DNA of 64,000 nucleotides from Octopus vulgaris (GCA_951406725.2 OX597815.1:163184001-163248000), one strand, 5' to 3'; shown: positions 1-12,598, counted from the stretch's first letter. The notes: generated by a model from the letters alone, not told the origin. Program-made: numbers and translations.

Positions 1-1215
1 TGTCCATCTTGTGGTCCGCACAGTTGTTCCATGTGTTGTAGTGCTTGGATCCCATTGGTGAAGAAGCTTTCGTCCTCTTGGTTAAAAAAGTCACCAACAG
101 CAGATATGACATCGTCATTACTGCAATATTGGTTCCCAGCCAAATGTTTTTTTATGTTGGGGAACAGATGATAGTCAGATGGAACCAAATCAGGAGAATG
201 GGGAGGCTGTTTAACCAATTCAAATACAAACTCGCATACAGTAGCCATTGAAACCAAGAATCTGTGTGCTGGTGCATTGACCTGATGAAACAAGACCCCT
301 TTTGTCAGTTTTCCTGGGCATTTGGTCTTGATAGCTTTTCATAACCGCCTCAGCAAGTTGGCATAGTTTTCTCCATTGTTGGTGTGGTCCTTTTGAAGAT
401 AGTTACTAAACACAATGCCTTTTGCATCCCAAAAATCTAAGGCCATCACCTTCCCTGCAGATGAAACAACCTTGGCCTTCTTTGGAGCTGGTGAGGAGGG
501 TGTTTCAACTGCATGGATCATCTCTCTGTCTCTGGCTCAAAGTGATGAACCAAACATTCATCCTGGGTTAGGGAGCATTCAAGGGAACCAGCTGGATCCG
601 ACTCAAACGATGTCAGATTTTCCCATGATTTGATCAGTCTGGTACACTTTTGATCAAGTGTCAGAAGACATGACACCCAGCAAGCAGAAACCGTTGTCAT
701 GCCAAATTCGTTGTACAGAATATTCTCAACTCTATCACAGCATATGTTAATAGCATTGACCATTTGATTTACTGTCAATCAGCTGTCAACCATCAGCATG
801 TGGTGAACACAATGTTTTCTTCAGTGGTGGCATTTGCAGGATATCCAGACCTTAGTTCATCTTCAAGACTCTCCATTTCCTCTCCTAAGTTCAATTGCCC
901 ACTTTTGCACTTTTGATAAAGCTGGGGCATCATCCCCTAATGGAGCAACCATGTCAGCATGAATGTCCTTGGGGATTAAACCAATTTTCTATCAGCATTT
1001 GATAATGCAATGATGCCGAAATTTGTCCATTTTCAACAGAAGTTGCTACTAGTTACTTTTGAAGTCTTCTTTGAAAAGTCAGAGGTTAATTTATCTGGAA
1101 AGAAACAATGCAGTTATTCATAAGAAGGGTTGAAATTAATGCATCATACAATATTTCACAGCTCTAGCATCACACCTTCATAGTCAGCCAATGAACTTTT
1201 TCAGTACACCCCTTA
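1..1215 (-). mobile_element. Degenerate mariner (Tc1/mariner) transposon, running off the window start
   Basis: Minus-strand ORF pieces give WVSCLL (WVPHEL-like), TQDECLVHH (first catalytic D), KKAKVVSSAGKVMALDFWDAKGIV and HSPDLVPSDYHLF (YSPDLAPSD-like). Several frameshifts. 5' TIR TAAGGGGTGTACTGAAAAAAGTTC ends at ~1215, next to TA. Confidence 0.92.
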
Positions 1216-1747
1216 TACACACAAAGATACAAACAAAATATGTAATATATACGTGTTAAGTTTGACTGGTCGCTGCTGTTGCTGCTGCTGCCATCTGCAG
1301 TTGTTTTCAGCAGTAGAGGCAGAGAGAAAGAGGGCTTGCTAAGAAATAGAAAAGGGGGAGAAATTTCCCTCGAGGAGAGAGAACTGCTGAGATTTTATTT
1401 TTATTTTTTTATACACTTATTTTATTATGCGAGTGGATATTAGTATATAATTCATTGTTTTTTGGGGTTTTTTTTTTCTTACTGTCCTAGTAGAGGCAGA
1501 TAAATTTATTTCACTCTGATTTGGAGCTTGTCAATGCACCACAACTTGGGATAAACCTACATGGTCATATAAAACATTTAGGAACTATATCATTGATCGA
1601 CTTTCTTTTCTTTATAGTGGAGAAAAGAGGTAATACAATATATAACTCTCTGTGTGTTGTACTTAACATGAATACATCATGAAAGGCAAATTTACAGTAG
1701 TATTTGTCCAAAGATAATATCTCTATAAATGTGATGTGCTCAAAAAC

Positions 1748-1750
<3 letters not shown>

Positions 1751-1801
<51 letters not shown>
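1751..1801. repeat. (TA)n microsatellite, one of dozens in the window
   Basis: Direct reading of the sequence. Confidence 0.98.
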
Positions 1802-1807
<6 letters not shown>

Positions 1808-2168
1808 CATAGACAGACAAAAATCTCCAAGCAGCTGCTAGTGAAAAGGCTAGATACATTTCTGCTGTCTACCAAATTTGTGCCAAGCCAAAATTTGTCA
1901 CCACTGATGCAGGAAACATTGGAGTGTCAGAAAAGAAAATGCCTTGCAGTTTTTGTTCCAGTTCTTTGCATTCTGTGTTCAACTCCTGCTGAGGTCAGGC
2001 TTGTCTTTCAGCTTCCTAGGGCTGATAAACTAAAGTGCTACCCTTTATTATATAAATAAATACCAAAAAAAAACAAAAAATTAAATAAGATTAAAAAGAA
2101 TTGTGACCTTGTATGTCTGTAAGAAATTATTATTATCATCATCATCATCATCACTATTATCATAAAGT

Positions 2169-2719
2169 GCATGGGAAGACCCGGCAGGACAAGTGAGACC
2201 ATAACCCGTGGCCTCTACCTGGGATGTAGCCAGTCCACTTATGCATACCTTTCCTTCTTGGGACACAAAACTCTACTTGTGAAGACCTGTTGAGGCAAGT
2301 GAAAATCGAAATCGATCAACATCAATGGAAATTGTAGCTGTGATACCAGTGCTGGTGGCACGTAAGAGAACCATCCGAACGTGGCCGTTGCCAGTGCCGC
2401 CCCAACTGATCTCCGTGCCGGTGGCACGTAAAAAGTACCATCCGATTGTGGCCGTTGCTAGCCTCGTCTGGCCTCCATGCCGGTGGCACATAAAAAGCAC
2501 CATCCGATCGTGGCTGTTTGCCAGTTTCGTCTGGCACCTGTGCCAGTGGCACGTAAAAAGCACCCACTACACTGAGTGGTTGGCGTTAGGAAGGGCATCC
2601 AGCTGTAGAAACACTGCCAGATCAGACTGGGCCTGGTGCAGCCTTCTGGCTTCCCAGACCCCAGTTGAACCGTCCAACCCATGGAAAGCGGACGTTAAAC
2701 CATGATGATGATGATGATG
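2169..2719 (+). mobile_element. 5'-truncated RTE-like LINE 3' end with four ~63-bp tandem units and a (GAT)n tail
   Basis: Near-identical to 62420-62910, which follows an RTE C-terminal ORF. Ends in (GAT)n. Confidence 0.85.
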
Positions 2720-2925
2720 CAGCTAGCTGACAGAATCTTTAGCATGCTGGGCAAAATGCTTAGTGGTATTTCGTATGTCTTTACATTCTGAGTTCAAATT
2801 CTGCCGGGGTCGACTTTGCCTTTCACCTTTTCAGGATCAATAAAGTACCAGTTGTGTACTGGGGTCAATCTATTCGGCTGGCTCCCTCCCCCCAAATTTC
2901 AGGCATTGTGCCTATTGTTGAAAGG
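2719..2925 (+). mobile_element. tRNA-headed SINE, family C
   Basis: GAGTTCAAATTC B-box, then GTCGACTTTGCCTTTCA..TAAAGTACCAG core shared with 7450-7678. Confidence 0.8.
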
Positions 2926-2935
2926 ATTATTATTA

Positions 2936-2982
<47 letters not shown>

Positions 2983-2997
2983 TTATCATTATTTTAT

Positions 2998-3327
2998 GTT
3001 TGAATTTTGCTTTACATTTGTACAAGTTGGCTCCAAGTCTCACCTAGAGACCTCAAGAGACAACAAGTTCGAAGGTCATGTTAGTGTTATGCCTAGGGTG
3101 TTATGCCATATATTTGGTTTTTTACATAGTGTTGTTCTAGAGAATGTTTAAGAAACCATAAGAAACTCATGATTGTTTTAAAACTTGAGATTACATAGAA
3201 AGTATTTTGCATAGGGTATGAGCAGTTCCCATGAGCACTATCTTTTGAATTTCTGCCATTTTGGGGTTTCCTGGTATCTGAGCTAGGTAGCAATCAGCCC
3301 CTTTTCCTATCATTCCCAGGGCCACCA
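2998..3327 (-). mobile_element. 3' end of an R4/Dong-like RLE non-LTR retrotransposon
   Basis: C-terminal peptide ALGMIGKGADCYLAQIPGNPKMAEIQKIVLMGTAHTLCKILSM*, then 3'UTR, then (TAA)n at 2926-2990. Confidence 0.8.
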
Positions 3328-3337
3328 CCACCATCAC

Positions 3338-3371
<34 letters not shown>

Positions 3372-3398
3372 TTCATCACTGTTTATTGGGTGGCAAAC

Positions 3399-3449
<51 letters not shown>

Positions 3450-3471
3450 CATTATTATTATTACTATTATT

Positions 3472-4133
3472 GCCTTTGCTCAGCTTCTAACACTGGAGAT
3501 GTATTACAGTGTCAGTTGTTCATTACCAGTGAACTAAGGTAACACCTCTTATTTTAAGTGCACCTTCCGGAATATTTGAGCAGTTCCAAGCAGTGCTGTT
3601 TTCTGCAAGTGCTCCACCCTTATTGCAGCCCCTATTTGTTCCATGTACTTCTCAAGATTTTTGTTCACTGTTCCCAGGGCCCTGACGATTATTGGTACTA
3701 CTGCTTCCTTTTTCATTGACCACAACTGCTTAACTTCCCGAGCTAACCTGTCATATCTATCAACTTTTCTTTCTTCCTTATCGTATACCTTGTTTTCAGC
3801 TGAGCATGCTATGTCTATGATCCAGCATAGTTTATTTTCTTTCCCAATTAAGACTATGTCTGGCTTCTTATTCTCTATCTCATAGTCACACTGAATCATA
3901 AAATCCCATAGGATCTTTGCATTTCTATTCTCAACGATGCCTTTAGGTTTGTGGCCGAACCAATTTTTTGCTCCCTCAAGTCCATACTTGTTGCAAAGTG
4001 TCCAATAGACAAGCCTGGCTATATTGTTGTGGCATATCTTATATTCCTTCTGGACTAGTGGCATACATTGGCTGGTAATATGCCATACAATTTCACCGTT
4101 TTGTCCACAGATTCTGCACTTATCACTTTCTGG

Positions 4134-4135
<2 letters not shown>
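3472..4135 (-). mobile_element. 5'-truncated R4/Dong-like retrotransposon (CCHC knuckle plus restriction-like endonuclease)
   Basis: Open frame CRICGQNGEIVWHITSQC (CCHC), KPDIVL..WIIDIA (PD..D), KVDRY, LQKTALLGTAQIFRK*. Flanked on both sides by (TAA)n (3399-3471, 4136-4186). Confidence 0.92.
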
Positions 4136-4192
<57 letters not shown>

Positions 4193-4201
4193 CATATATA
4201 T

Positions 4202-4399
4202 GAGTGGCTGTGTGGTAAGTAGCTTGTTTACCAACCACATGATTCTGGGTTCAGTCCCACTGCGTGGCATCTTGGGCAAGTGTCTTCTGCTATAGCCTCA
4301 GGCTGACCAAAGCCTTCTGAGTGGATTTGGTAGATGGAAACTGAAAGAAGCCCACCGTATATATGTATATATATGTATATATACATATACATATATATG

Positions 4400-4482
<83 letters not shown>

Positions 4483-4492
4483 TTATATATAT
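4202..4492 (+). mobile_element. SINE family A, 5' half, running into its internal (TA)n tract
   Basis: TGGCTGTGTGGTAAG A-box and GGTTCAGTCCC B-box; matches 25636-26046. Confidence 0.85.
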
Positions 4493-4779
4493 GCAAACAT
4501 ATAAGGGATGGCCATAATAGGACATCTGACTCACTAGAAAGAGCAGTTAAACTCCAAACCACTAATAGTTGTAATTCTGAAATGGAAAGAGAAATAAAAA
4601 CGTTTACCCTCTCCTTTCTTTATTATTTATATATATGTATATATATATATATGTGTATTACTCTTTTACTCTTTTACTTGTTTCAGTCATTTGACTGCGG
4701 CCATGCTGGAGCACCACCTTTTAAATAATAATCTGGCCAGTATGTATATATATATATATATATATTCAAATTTAGAGAA

Positions 4780-4890
4780 AAATAAAGACGAAGGCAGGTC
4801 TAGGAACAACAAGCAGGTGTATTAGTTTAACACTTGGGAAAAATGCAGAAGTCTTTTATGTTTCGAGCCTATGCTCTTTGACAGAAAGGA
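4780..4890 (-). mobile_element. Probable Penelope-like terminal-repeat remnant with a degenerate minimal hammerhead motif
   Basis: Minus strand 4853-4888 reads CTTT-CTGTCAA-A-GAGC atag GCTC-GAAA-CA-TA-AAAG (stem I, core, stem II, GAAA, UH, stem I'). Confidence 0.45.
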
Positions 4891-5135
4891 TTAAGAGGGA
4901 AAGAATGGCAACGGAATGAAAAAAAATGGAGAGAGAAAAACTGTGGTTTGTTTTGGATAGGTATGGTATAATTCTGACTAGAAATTAGATGAAAAAAAAT
5001 ACAAACTGAAAAGCAAATGTTTTTAAATCTTATTAAAGTTATCTATGAAGTGATACAAAAAGTTACAGGAAAAAATACACAAATTAGATGACAACATGAT
5101 TGGAAAAAGAAGCAAAAAAATTAATGATGTCTTAC

Positions 5136-5330
5136 CTGTTTAGCTGAGTAAGAGTATGTTGTCTCTTCTTTCCTTTTTTTTCTATCTTACTCTTTTTGTT
5201 TATCTGTCTGTCTCTCTGTTTTCCCTCTTTCTCTGTCTCTCTATATTTCTCTATTTTTATCCCCCCCCCATCTCTCTCTCACACACACACACACACACTA
5301 TCCAGTAATGAAAACAAATCTGTCTGTTGA
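5136..5330 (-). other. Candidate non-coding (5'UTR) exon of an unidentified minus-strand gene
   Basis: Strong donor AAACAG|GTAAGA at 5135 after a purine-rich unique sequence. No coding evidence; 5' boundary uncertain. Confidence 0.3.
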
Positions 5331-5782
5331 TTAACTAGGTTGTTTATCCTTCACTTGCTGTTAAGGACAAATATTGTGTATGATGAATTGATTGTGCATA
5401 ATGCCTGATTATAAAAAGACAATAGCTTGTTAGTTAGTGAAGGAATTTTCAACTGTTCTGGACAGACATTTTTTTCCATTTTATTTTTTGATATTTTTTT
5501 CTTCCATAATTTTTTTTTTTTTTTTTTCTTCATTTACTTTTAAATCCTGGTGGTCTCTAGTTATATTCAAACATTGTAGAAATACTTTGCTTGTATGACA
5601 CAAACACTCCTGGGGTACAGCGATAACAAAAGATATGGTTGTCAAAAGTTATGTATATGACAAAATTCATAGTCTGAGAGTTTCTAGGTGTCTTATATTA
5701 CAACCTCAGGCTGACCAAAGCCTTGTGAGTAGATCTGGTAGACAGAAACTGAAAGAAGCCCATTGTGTGTATAAATGTATAT

Positions 5783-5996
5783 TCTTTTATTATTTCTAGT
5801 CATTTGACTACGGCCATGCTGGAGCACCACCTTGAAGGATTTTAGTCAAACAAATTGACCCCAGGACTTATTTTTTAAGTCTAGTACTTATTCTATTGGC
5901 CTCTTTTGCCAAACTGTAAAGTTATGGAGATTTAAACACACCAACAGCAGTAGTCAAGTGGTAATTGGAGGAGAAATACTAACAAACATACACACA

Positions 5997-6088
<92 letters not shown>

Positions 6089-6155
6089 GCTTCTTTCAGT
6101 TTCCATCTACCAAATCCACTCACAAGGCTTTGGTTGGCCTGAGCCTATAGTAGAA
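5783..6155 (-). mobile_element. SINE family A, head truncated, with internal (TA)n(TG)n
   Basis: Reverse complement of the family A body and tail. Confidence 0.85.
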
Positions 6156-6166
6156 GTATGGCCTCT

Positions 6167-6650
6167 TAAGTGTTGTGTTTTGAAACACAATTTTATCATA
6201 GAATTTAAATTATATTTTAGGTGAATTTCAGCATACTTGATAATAGATGTATGCTCTTTAATAATTTTCTACTTATTTCAGACTGAAAGCATTCTTAAAG
6301 CATAGGTGCCCTTAATTATGAACATGACAAAAAAGAACCTTCGCTTACTTTTCTTGCATGAGTTCAAGCTTGGGCACAATGCCTCCCATACCACTGCCAA
6401 TATCAACAGAGCAGGGGAGAGGGGTCCACAAGTGATCACACAGTAGGAAGGTGATTTCAGAAATTCCATAGTAGTGAGCCTTGAAGATGAAGAAGGTAGA
6501 GGACCGCCATGCAGTCTTGACAATGAGCAATTGAAAGCAACCATTGAACAAAATCATGTCAAAGTGTTAGAGAAGTGTCTCAGGTACTCGATGTCAGTAT
6601 TGCAATGGTCACATGCAATCTGCAGAAGATTGGTAAGGTGAAAAAGTTAT
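6167..6650 (+). mobile_element. Mariner transposase N-terminal remnant (second family)
   Basis: From ATG ~6318: MNMTKKNLRLLFLHEFKLGHNASHTTANINRA..., then LEDEEGRGPPCSLDNEQLKATIEQN... and LQKIGKVKKL. This is a mariner HTH region, with stops and frameshifts. Confidence 0.85.
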
Positions 6651-7449
6651 AGTGTTGTCTGCATTGGTCTTTTATTTCATGCCATGAAATAGATGAAAGA
6701 TAAATCTTTCCACTAAATACACCTTAAACCACATCCAGCAAAAGGCCGCTCAACAGATAGACATAAAGTTACTCACAGACATATTCCAGCCTTTGATCCA
6801 CAAGCTTGCTGACTTTTTCTCTACCTTTTCTACCACTACCAAAATGGCCTTTGTTTTTTGACTCTAGCTGATTTGCTTCTCAACTACATGGTTCTTAGTT
6901 CAGGCCCATTGATTTGCACTTTAAGCATGTATCTTCTACTACAACCCTGGGTTAACCAAGGCCTCGTAAGTAGATTTGATAGATAGAAACAATATATGTA
7001 TACAGATGTGTGTGTGTCTTCTTGATTGATCTGGCAGATCGATAAACTTAAGCAATATTGAATAAATATTGGGTTCTTTAGTGGAGTATTTCTCCTATAT
7101 TTGTGAGTGTAACTTCTGCTCACACAGACATCTTAAACCACATCCAGAGAAAGGCCACCCACAGACATGCAGACTACTTTCTCTACCTTTTCTACCTCTA
7201 CTAAGATGGTCTCCTTTGCTTTTTGGATCTAGTTGATTTTTTGCTATCTCAACTCAAGTACTCTTGACTCACTCATCTTTCCACCCTTTCTCATCATCCA
7301 TGTGCGCTCATTCCTCAGGTTTTGCATTAACCACAACCCCCAGTAACCTTCCCACAGGAATATCAGCCCCTCACTCTCTGCCCTTATGTTTCCTGCCAGT
7401 GTTAACTCCCAACAGTTTAAGTGAAGCATTAATGATATTAATCTTGTCA

Positions 7450-7678
7450 AAGGCAGTGAGCTGGCAGAAACGTTAGCGCACCGGGGGAAATGCTTAGCGG
7501 TATTTCATCTGTCGTTACATTCAGAGTTCAAATTCCGCTGAGGTCGACTTTGCCTTTCATCTTTTCAGGGTCGATAAATAAAGTACCAGTTTCGCACTGG
7601 GGTCGATGTAATTGACTTAATCCCTTTGTCCTTGTTTGTCCCCTCTATGTTTAGCCCCTTGTGGGCAGTAAAGAAATA
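7450..7678 (+). mobile_element. Full-length SINE family C with 16-bp target-site duplication
   Basis: TSD GATATTAATCTTGTCA at 7434-7449 and 7679-7694; tRNA-like head; tail TAAAGAAATA. Confidence 0.92.
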
Positions 7679-8597
7679 GATATTAATCTTGTCACCCTCA
7701 GCGAGTCAGAGAAAGCCTGGCACACTGCCCCTTCCTCCAGATCCAGCAAATGGAAAAAGAAAAAAAATTTGTCTGCCCAGAAACATGAAATATCAATATT
7801 TTGAACTGTTGGTTGTACATACCTCTTCCAATTAGACATTTCATGTCTAAATTTGTATTGATTAGTACCTGACTAACCTTTCATTACAACAGTATCATTA
7901 AAATAAGTATTAGTCATATACAAGAGAAGGAGTGGTGGTGAGGGTCAGTTGTCTTTCAGTTCTTCGTTAAGATATAAATTGTGTCACACTTTGATGGTTC
8001 ATTTTATACAATTATAATTTCCATTTCATCTGCAGAGTGTATATTTACAATATTTATATTTACAACAGGTGCTTGTGTTGCTGTGTGGTTAAGAAGTTTG
8101 CTTCTTAATCACATGGTTCTTGGCTCAGTCCTGCTGTATTGCCCTTTGGACAAGTGTCTTCTACTCTAACCATTATAACCCTGGGTTTACCAAAGCTTTG
8201 TGAGTGGATTTGCTAGACAGAATGACATTGCTTGGGATGCTGTAGCATGCATCATGCATTTCCAATATTCTGCAAAAGTATATCTATCAATGAGGAGATA
8301 TTATCTTATTTGGAAATGGATGCAGGATGGTGACTGGAAAGGCATCCAGCTGCTCATCTGCCTCAACAAATACTGACTAGCCTGTGCAAACATGAAATGA
8401 AAAAGTGGATGTTAAAGCAATGTGGACTGTAAAGACAACCTCTGATCAACAACAGGGGCCTGTTAAATCTATGTGTGCATGTGTTTGTTAAATTTATGTG
8501 TGTGTGTGTGTGTGTGTTAATATTTATTTAAAAGCGTTACACATTCATATGCATTTTGGTTTTATTTTTTTTTATTTTTTGTGTGTGTATGTGTGTT

Positions 8598-8932
8598 AAT
8601 CATCATCATCATCATCATCATCGTTTAACGTCCGTTCTCCATGCTAGCATGGGTTGGACGGTTCAACCGGGGATCTGGGAAGCCAGAAGGCTGCACCAGG
8701 CTCCGGTCTTATCTAGCAATGTTTCTACAGCTGGATGCCCTTCCTAACGCCAACCACTCCATGAGTGTAGTGGGTGCTTTTTACGTGCCACCTGCACTGG
8801 TGCCAGGCGAGGCTGGCATCGGCCATGGTCGGATTGGTGCATTTTACGTCCCACCGGCACGGAAGCCAGTCGAGGCGGCACTGGCTTCGGCCACGATTCG
8901 GATGGTGCTTTTTACGTTTGGATGGTGCTTTT
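8598..8932 (-). mobile_element. RTE-like LINE 3'UTR fragment with tandem units
   Basis: (CAT)n plus reverse complement of the 2169-2719 3' end. Confidence 0.85.
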
Positions 8933-9338
8933 TAATGTTTGTTAATATTTTGTGTGTATGTGTGTTAATATTTTTTGTGTGTGTATATGTGTTAATATGT
9001 TTGAAAACAAAGGAACTTTTAGATTTAATATTACTATTAACTGCAAGTGAATCTATTTATTTTCGAATTCTTATTATTAATTGTGAGAGTTGGAGAAGAC
9101 ATATAGTTTATATTAGTTAAGTAAAAATATTTTTCAAGTTAATTAGTCGTAAGCGCTGGTGCAAAGGGTCAATCACTACTTTTATTAATCTAATTATTAC
9201 TATTGTATGTGTTCTACTTGTATTCTACGTCATCAGATTATGTGTTGAAAAGCAATTTCTTCATTATATAATTTTCGAATTTAAATATACTAGAAACGAT
9301 ATACATTATTATTATTACTATTATGCAATTTTACCTGT

Positions 9339-9672
9339 GAAGGTGCATGGCTCAGTGGTTGGAGCATTGAGCTTATGATCGTGAGATTGTGAGTTTGATT
9401 CCCGGACTGGGCTTCGTGTAGTGTTCTTGAGCAAGACACTTTATTTCATGTTGCTCCAGTTCAGTCAGCTGTAGAAATGAGTTGCAACATCACTGGTGCC
9501 AAGCTGTATTGGCCTTTGCATTTCCCTTGGATGACATCGGTGGTGTGGAGAGAGGAGGCTGGTATGCATGGGCAACTGCTGGCCTTCCATAAGCAACCTT
9601 GCCGGGACTTGTGCCTCGGAGGGTAACATTCTAGGTGCAATCCCATGGTTATTCATGACCGAAGGGGGTCTC
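9339..9672 (+). mobile_element. tRNA-headed SINE family D, body type 1
   Basis: TGGCTCAGTGG A-box, GAGTTTGATTCC B-box, core TTGAGCAAGACACTTTATTTCA..GCTCCAG. Further copies at 59676-59988(-), 44973-45125 and 28285-28475. Confidence 0.85.
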
Positions 9673-10364
9673 TTCCTCTTCTTCCTTCTATTCAATTTTA
9701 CCTACAACTTAATAAGTTTACATTCTATCCACTTTTTTATATGATTTATAATATTTTAATTGTACTTTTTAATACATATCTATACCGTTTAATTTATCTA
9801 ATTAATATTTTAATCTATCTTTTATTATATCTTATATTTTATTTTTTATTTATAGTTTTTAAATACATATCTATAAGAATTCATGCAAGATAAACCTTTT
9901 TCACATTTACTGTTAATAAGTTTGTATTTAGATGTTAATATTTGGAAAAGTTCATCAGTACAGAAATCACAGTGATTGTCAGGTTTTCTATAGGATTTAG
10001 CATGGCTAATAATTTCCCACTTCAGATTAAAATCCTTATTTTTGTCCTTTAACTCCCATATTAGTTTGCTTAGATTGGTGCTGGTTGATTTAGTTTTATC
10101 TTTAAATGTGCTTTCATGGTTGGTAATTCTTCACTTAATAAAAATTTGTCATACCCTGTATGTAATTATAATTTATTCCTTCAGATTTTACATTGCACCT
10201 ATATACCATATCTTTCTTTTTGCATAGGTTTTTAAGTGGACAGTTTTCTCTAATTTTGTTGATATATAAAATTAAACCGGGGAAGCTAGGATGTTAGCAT
10301 ACCTTTTAGGAGGTATCTTTATCATCAAAATTGCTTTTATATATATATATATATATATTGCTTT

Positions 10365-10537
10365 AAGGGTGTCATGAAAGGCCTTCCAAGTTCTTTTACA
10401 GGGCTTAGAAATACTGAAAGACCATTGCAATAAGTGTGTGAAAGTGGAAGGGGAATATATTAAATAAAATCATAATTTACTGATCCTCCTACATTTTCTT
10501 TTACCCAGAGCCAGGAGCTTTTCTGCACCCCTTCATA
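10365..10537 (+). mobile_element. Mariner 3' end remnant
   Basis: CNKCVKVEGEYIK* (mariner C-terminus), then TIR GCCAGGAGCTTTTCTGCACCCCTTCATA. Confidence 0.7.
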
Positions 10538-11809
10538 AATGTCAATTTATACTCTAAAGATGCTGTATCGGCTGAATGGCTATGAATTTCATAAAGGAGT
10601 TCCAGGCTCATTCTCACTTCATGACTGCTTGGCCAAGTCTCTTTGAGAATAATCTCAGGTCAGCCCAAGTCTTGTGAGTGAAACTCTCTGGACATGTGCT
10701 CTGCAAGTGACCAACAGTTGGATTGCTCCTGTATTTCAAAGGTTTGACCTTATCACATGCTGTGTCACTCTGACTCTGTTATAGGATTATGTAAAGGAGC
10801 ATGTGTCTGAGGAGTACTCAACCATCTACATGTAAATTTTAATGGGTAGGGTTATCCAGTTGACTGATGACTAAATAATGGAACTACTTACACATGGCTG
10901 GCACTTAAGCCCAAGAACCTTTCTTTTATATTTTTCATACTCTAAAGATGAAATGAACATCCAGAACAGAAAATTAGAGTCTTCATGACAACAATTCACT
11001 CAGAACAATAACAACAACAACAACAACAGCTTCAACATCGCCATCACCACCACCACCACTACAACTGCCATTCACCCCCCACTCCCATCATCATTATTAT
11101 TTAACCTCCACTTTTCTATGCTTGCTTGGGTCAAATGGAATTAGTAGGGGCAGATTTTCTATGGCCAGATGCTCTTCCTGTCACCCACCCTCACTCGTTT
11201 CTGGGCTAGGTAATATTTCCCATGGCTAGACATTGAAACAAACAACACTGCTTGTATGACAGTGATACTTGTTTACAACTATCTCAAGATGCCAAGTCAT
11301 TTCATATTATTCATATCATTGAATTTTTTCTGTAGAGGAATTTATATAATAACCTTAAAATGGAGAGAGAAAGACATGTAAATAAATATTGAATAGAAAT
11401 TGTGACGATCTGCCATGGTGTGATATTGTGGAATGATGCGATATTTAGATATTACATTTCGCTGTACAATGTTGTGGTGTTTGGGTTGACTAGATTGTAT
11501 AACATGATATTTGTATTGCCCTGCGTTGCTGTATATCATGGTGAAATATTATATATTAGTATAGCTTGGTGAGATATTATATATTACCATATATACTGAT
11601 ATATTAATATAACATGAAGAATGACAGACTAGCAAAATCATTAGAGTATCTAATAAAATGCATGGTAGTATGCCTTTATGGTTTGAGTTAAAATCCTTCC
11701 AAGGTCAACAAAATACAGTATATGTCAACAACTAAAGCTGATTTGATTGAATTATACTCCACTACCCCCTAATTTCTGGTTTTGTGCTTATGTAAGAAAA
11801 TTGTACCGT

Positions 11810-12513
11810 TTACTTGTTTCATGTGTTAGACTGCAGCCATGCTGCCTTGAAGAACTCTTAATCAAGTGGATCAATCCTGAAACTTTTTTTTAACCTGGTA
11901 CTAATTCTTTTGGTGTCTTTTGCCAAACTGCTAAGTGGCATAAACACACCAACACAATTGTCAAATAGTGATGAGCAACAAACACAGACACAAAGATGCA
12001 CACCACACACACACACGTGTGTATATATATATATATATATATATCATCATCATCATCATCGTTTAACGTCTGTTTCCCATGCTAGCATGGGCTGGATGGT
12101 TTGACCGGGGTCTGGGAAGCCAGGAGGCTGCAACAGGCTCCAGTCTGATCTGGCAGTGTTTCTACAGCTGGATGCTCTTCCTAACACCAACCACTCAATG
12201 AGTGTAGTGGGTGCTTTTTACGTGCCACCAGCACAGGTGCCAGGGGAGGGTGGCAGCGGCCATGATCGGTTGGTGCTTTTTACGTGTCACTGGCACAGAA
12301 GCCAGTCAAGGCGGCGCTGGCATCGGCCACGTTTGGATGGTGCTTTTCATGTGCCACCAAAGGGCTTCTTATAGTTTCCTTCTACCAAATCCACTCCCAA
12401 GGCTTTGGTTGACCTGAGGCTGCAGTAGTAGACACTTGCTCAAGGTGCCATGCAGTGGGACTGAATCCAGAACCATGTGGTTGGGAAGCAAACTTCTTAC
12501 CACATAGCCACTC
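11810..12513 (-). mobile_element. SINE family A split by an RTE-like 3' fragment (12045-12360) inserted at its internal microsatellite
   Basis: Family A 3' half (11810-12044) and 5' half (12361-12513) flank a (CAT)n-tailed RTE piece. Confidence 0.8.
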
Positions 12514-12598
12514 TAAAGAAGATTGTAAGGTAAAGCAAATTTTAAGGTAATGGTTTATTGTTCATGAGAACAGGTGTATTCAGATAATAATTCTCATA

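Noticed and set aside
2345-2570. CRISPR-like repeat/spacer appearance (palindromic repeat plus variable segment, ~63-bp period)
   Set aside because: The 'spacers' are short and related to each other, the array is part of a LINE 3'UTR present many times, there are no cas genes, and the context is eukaryotic.
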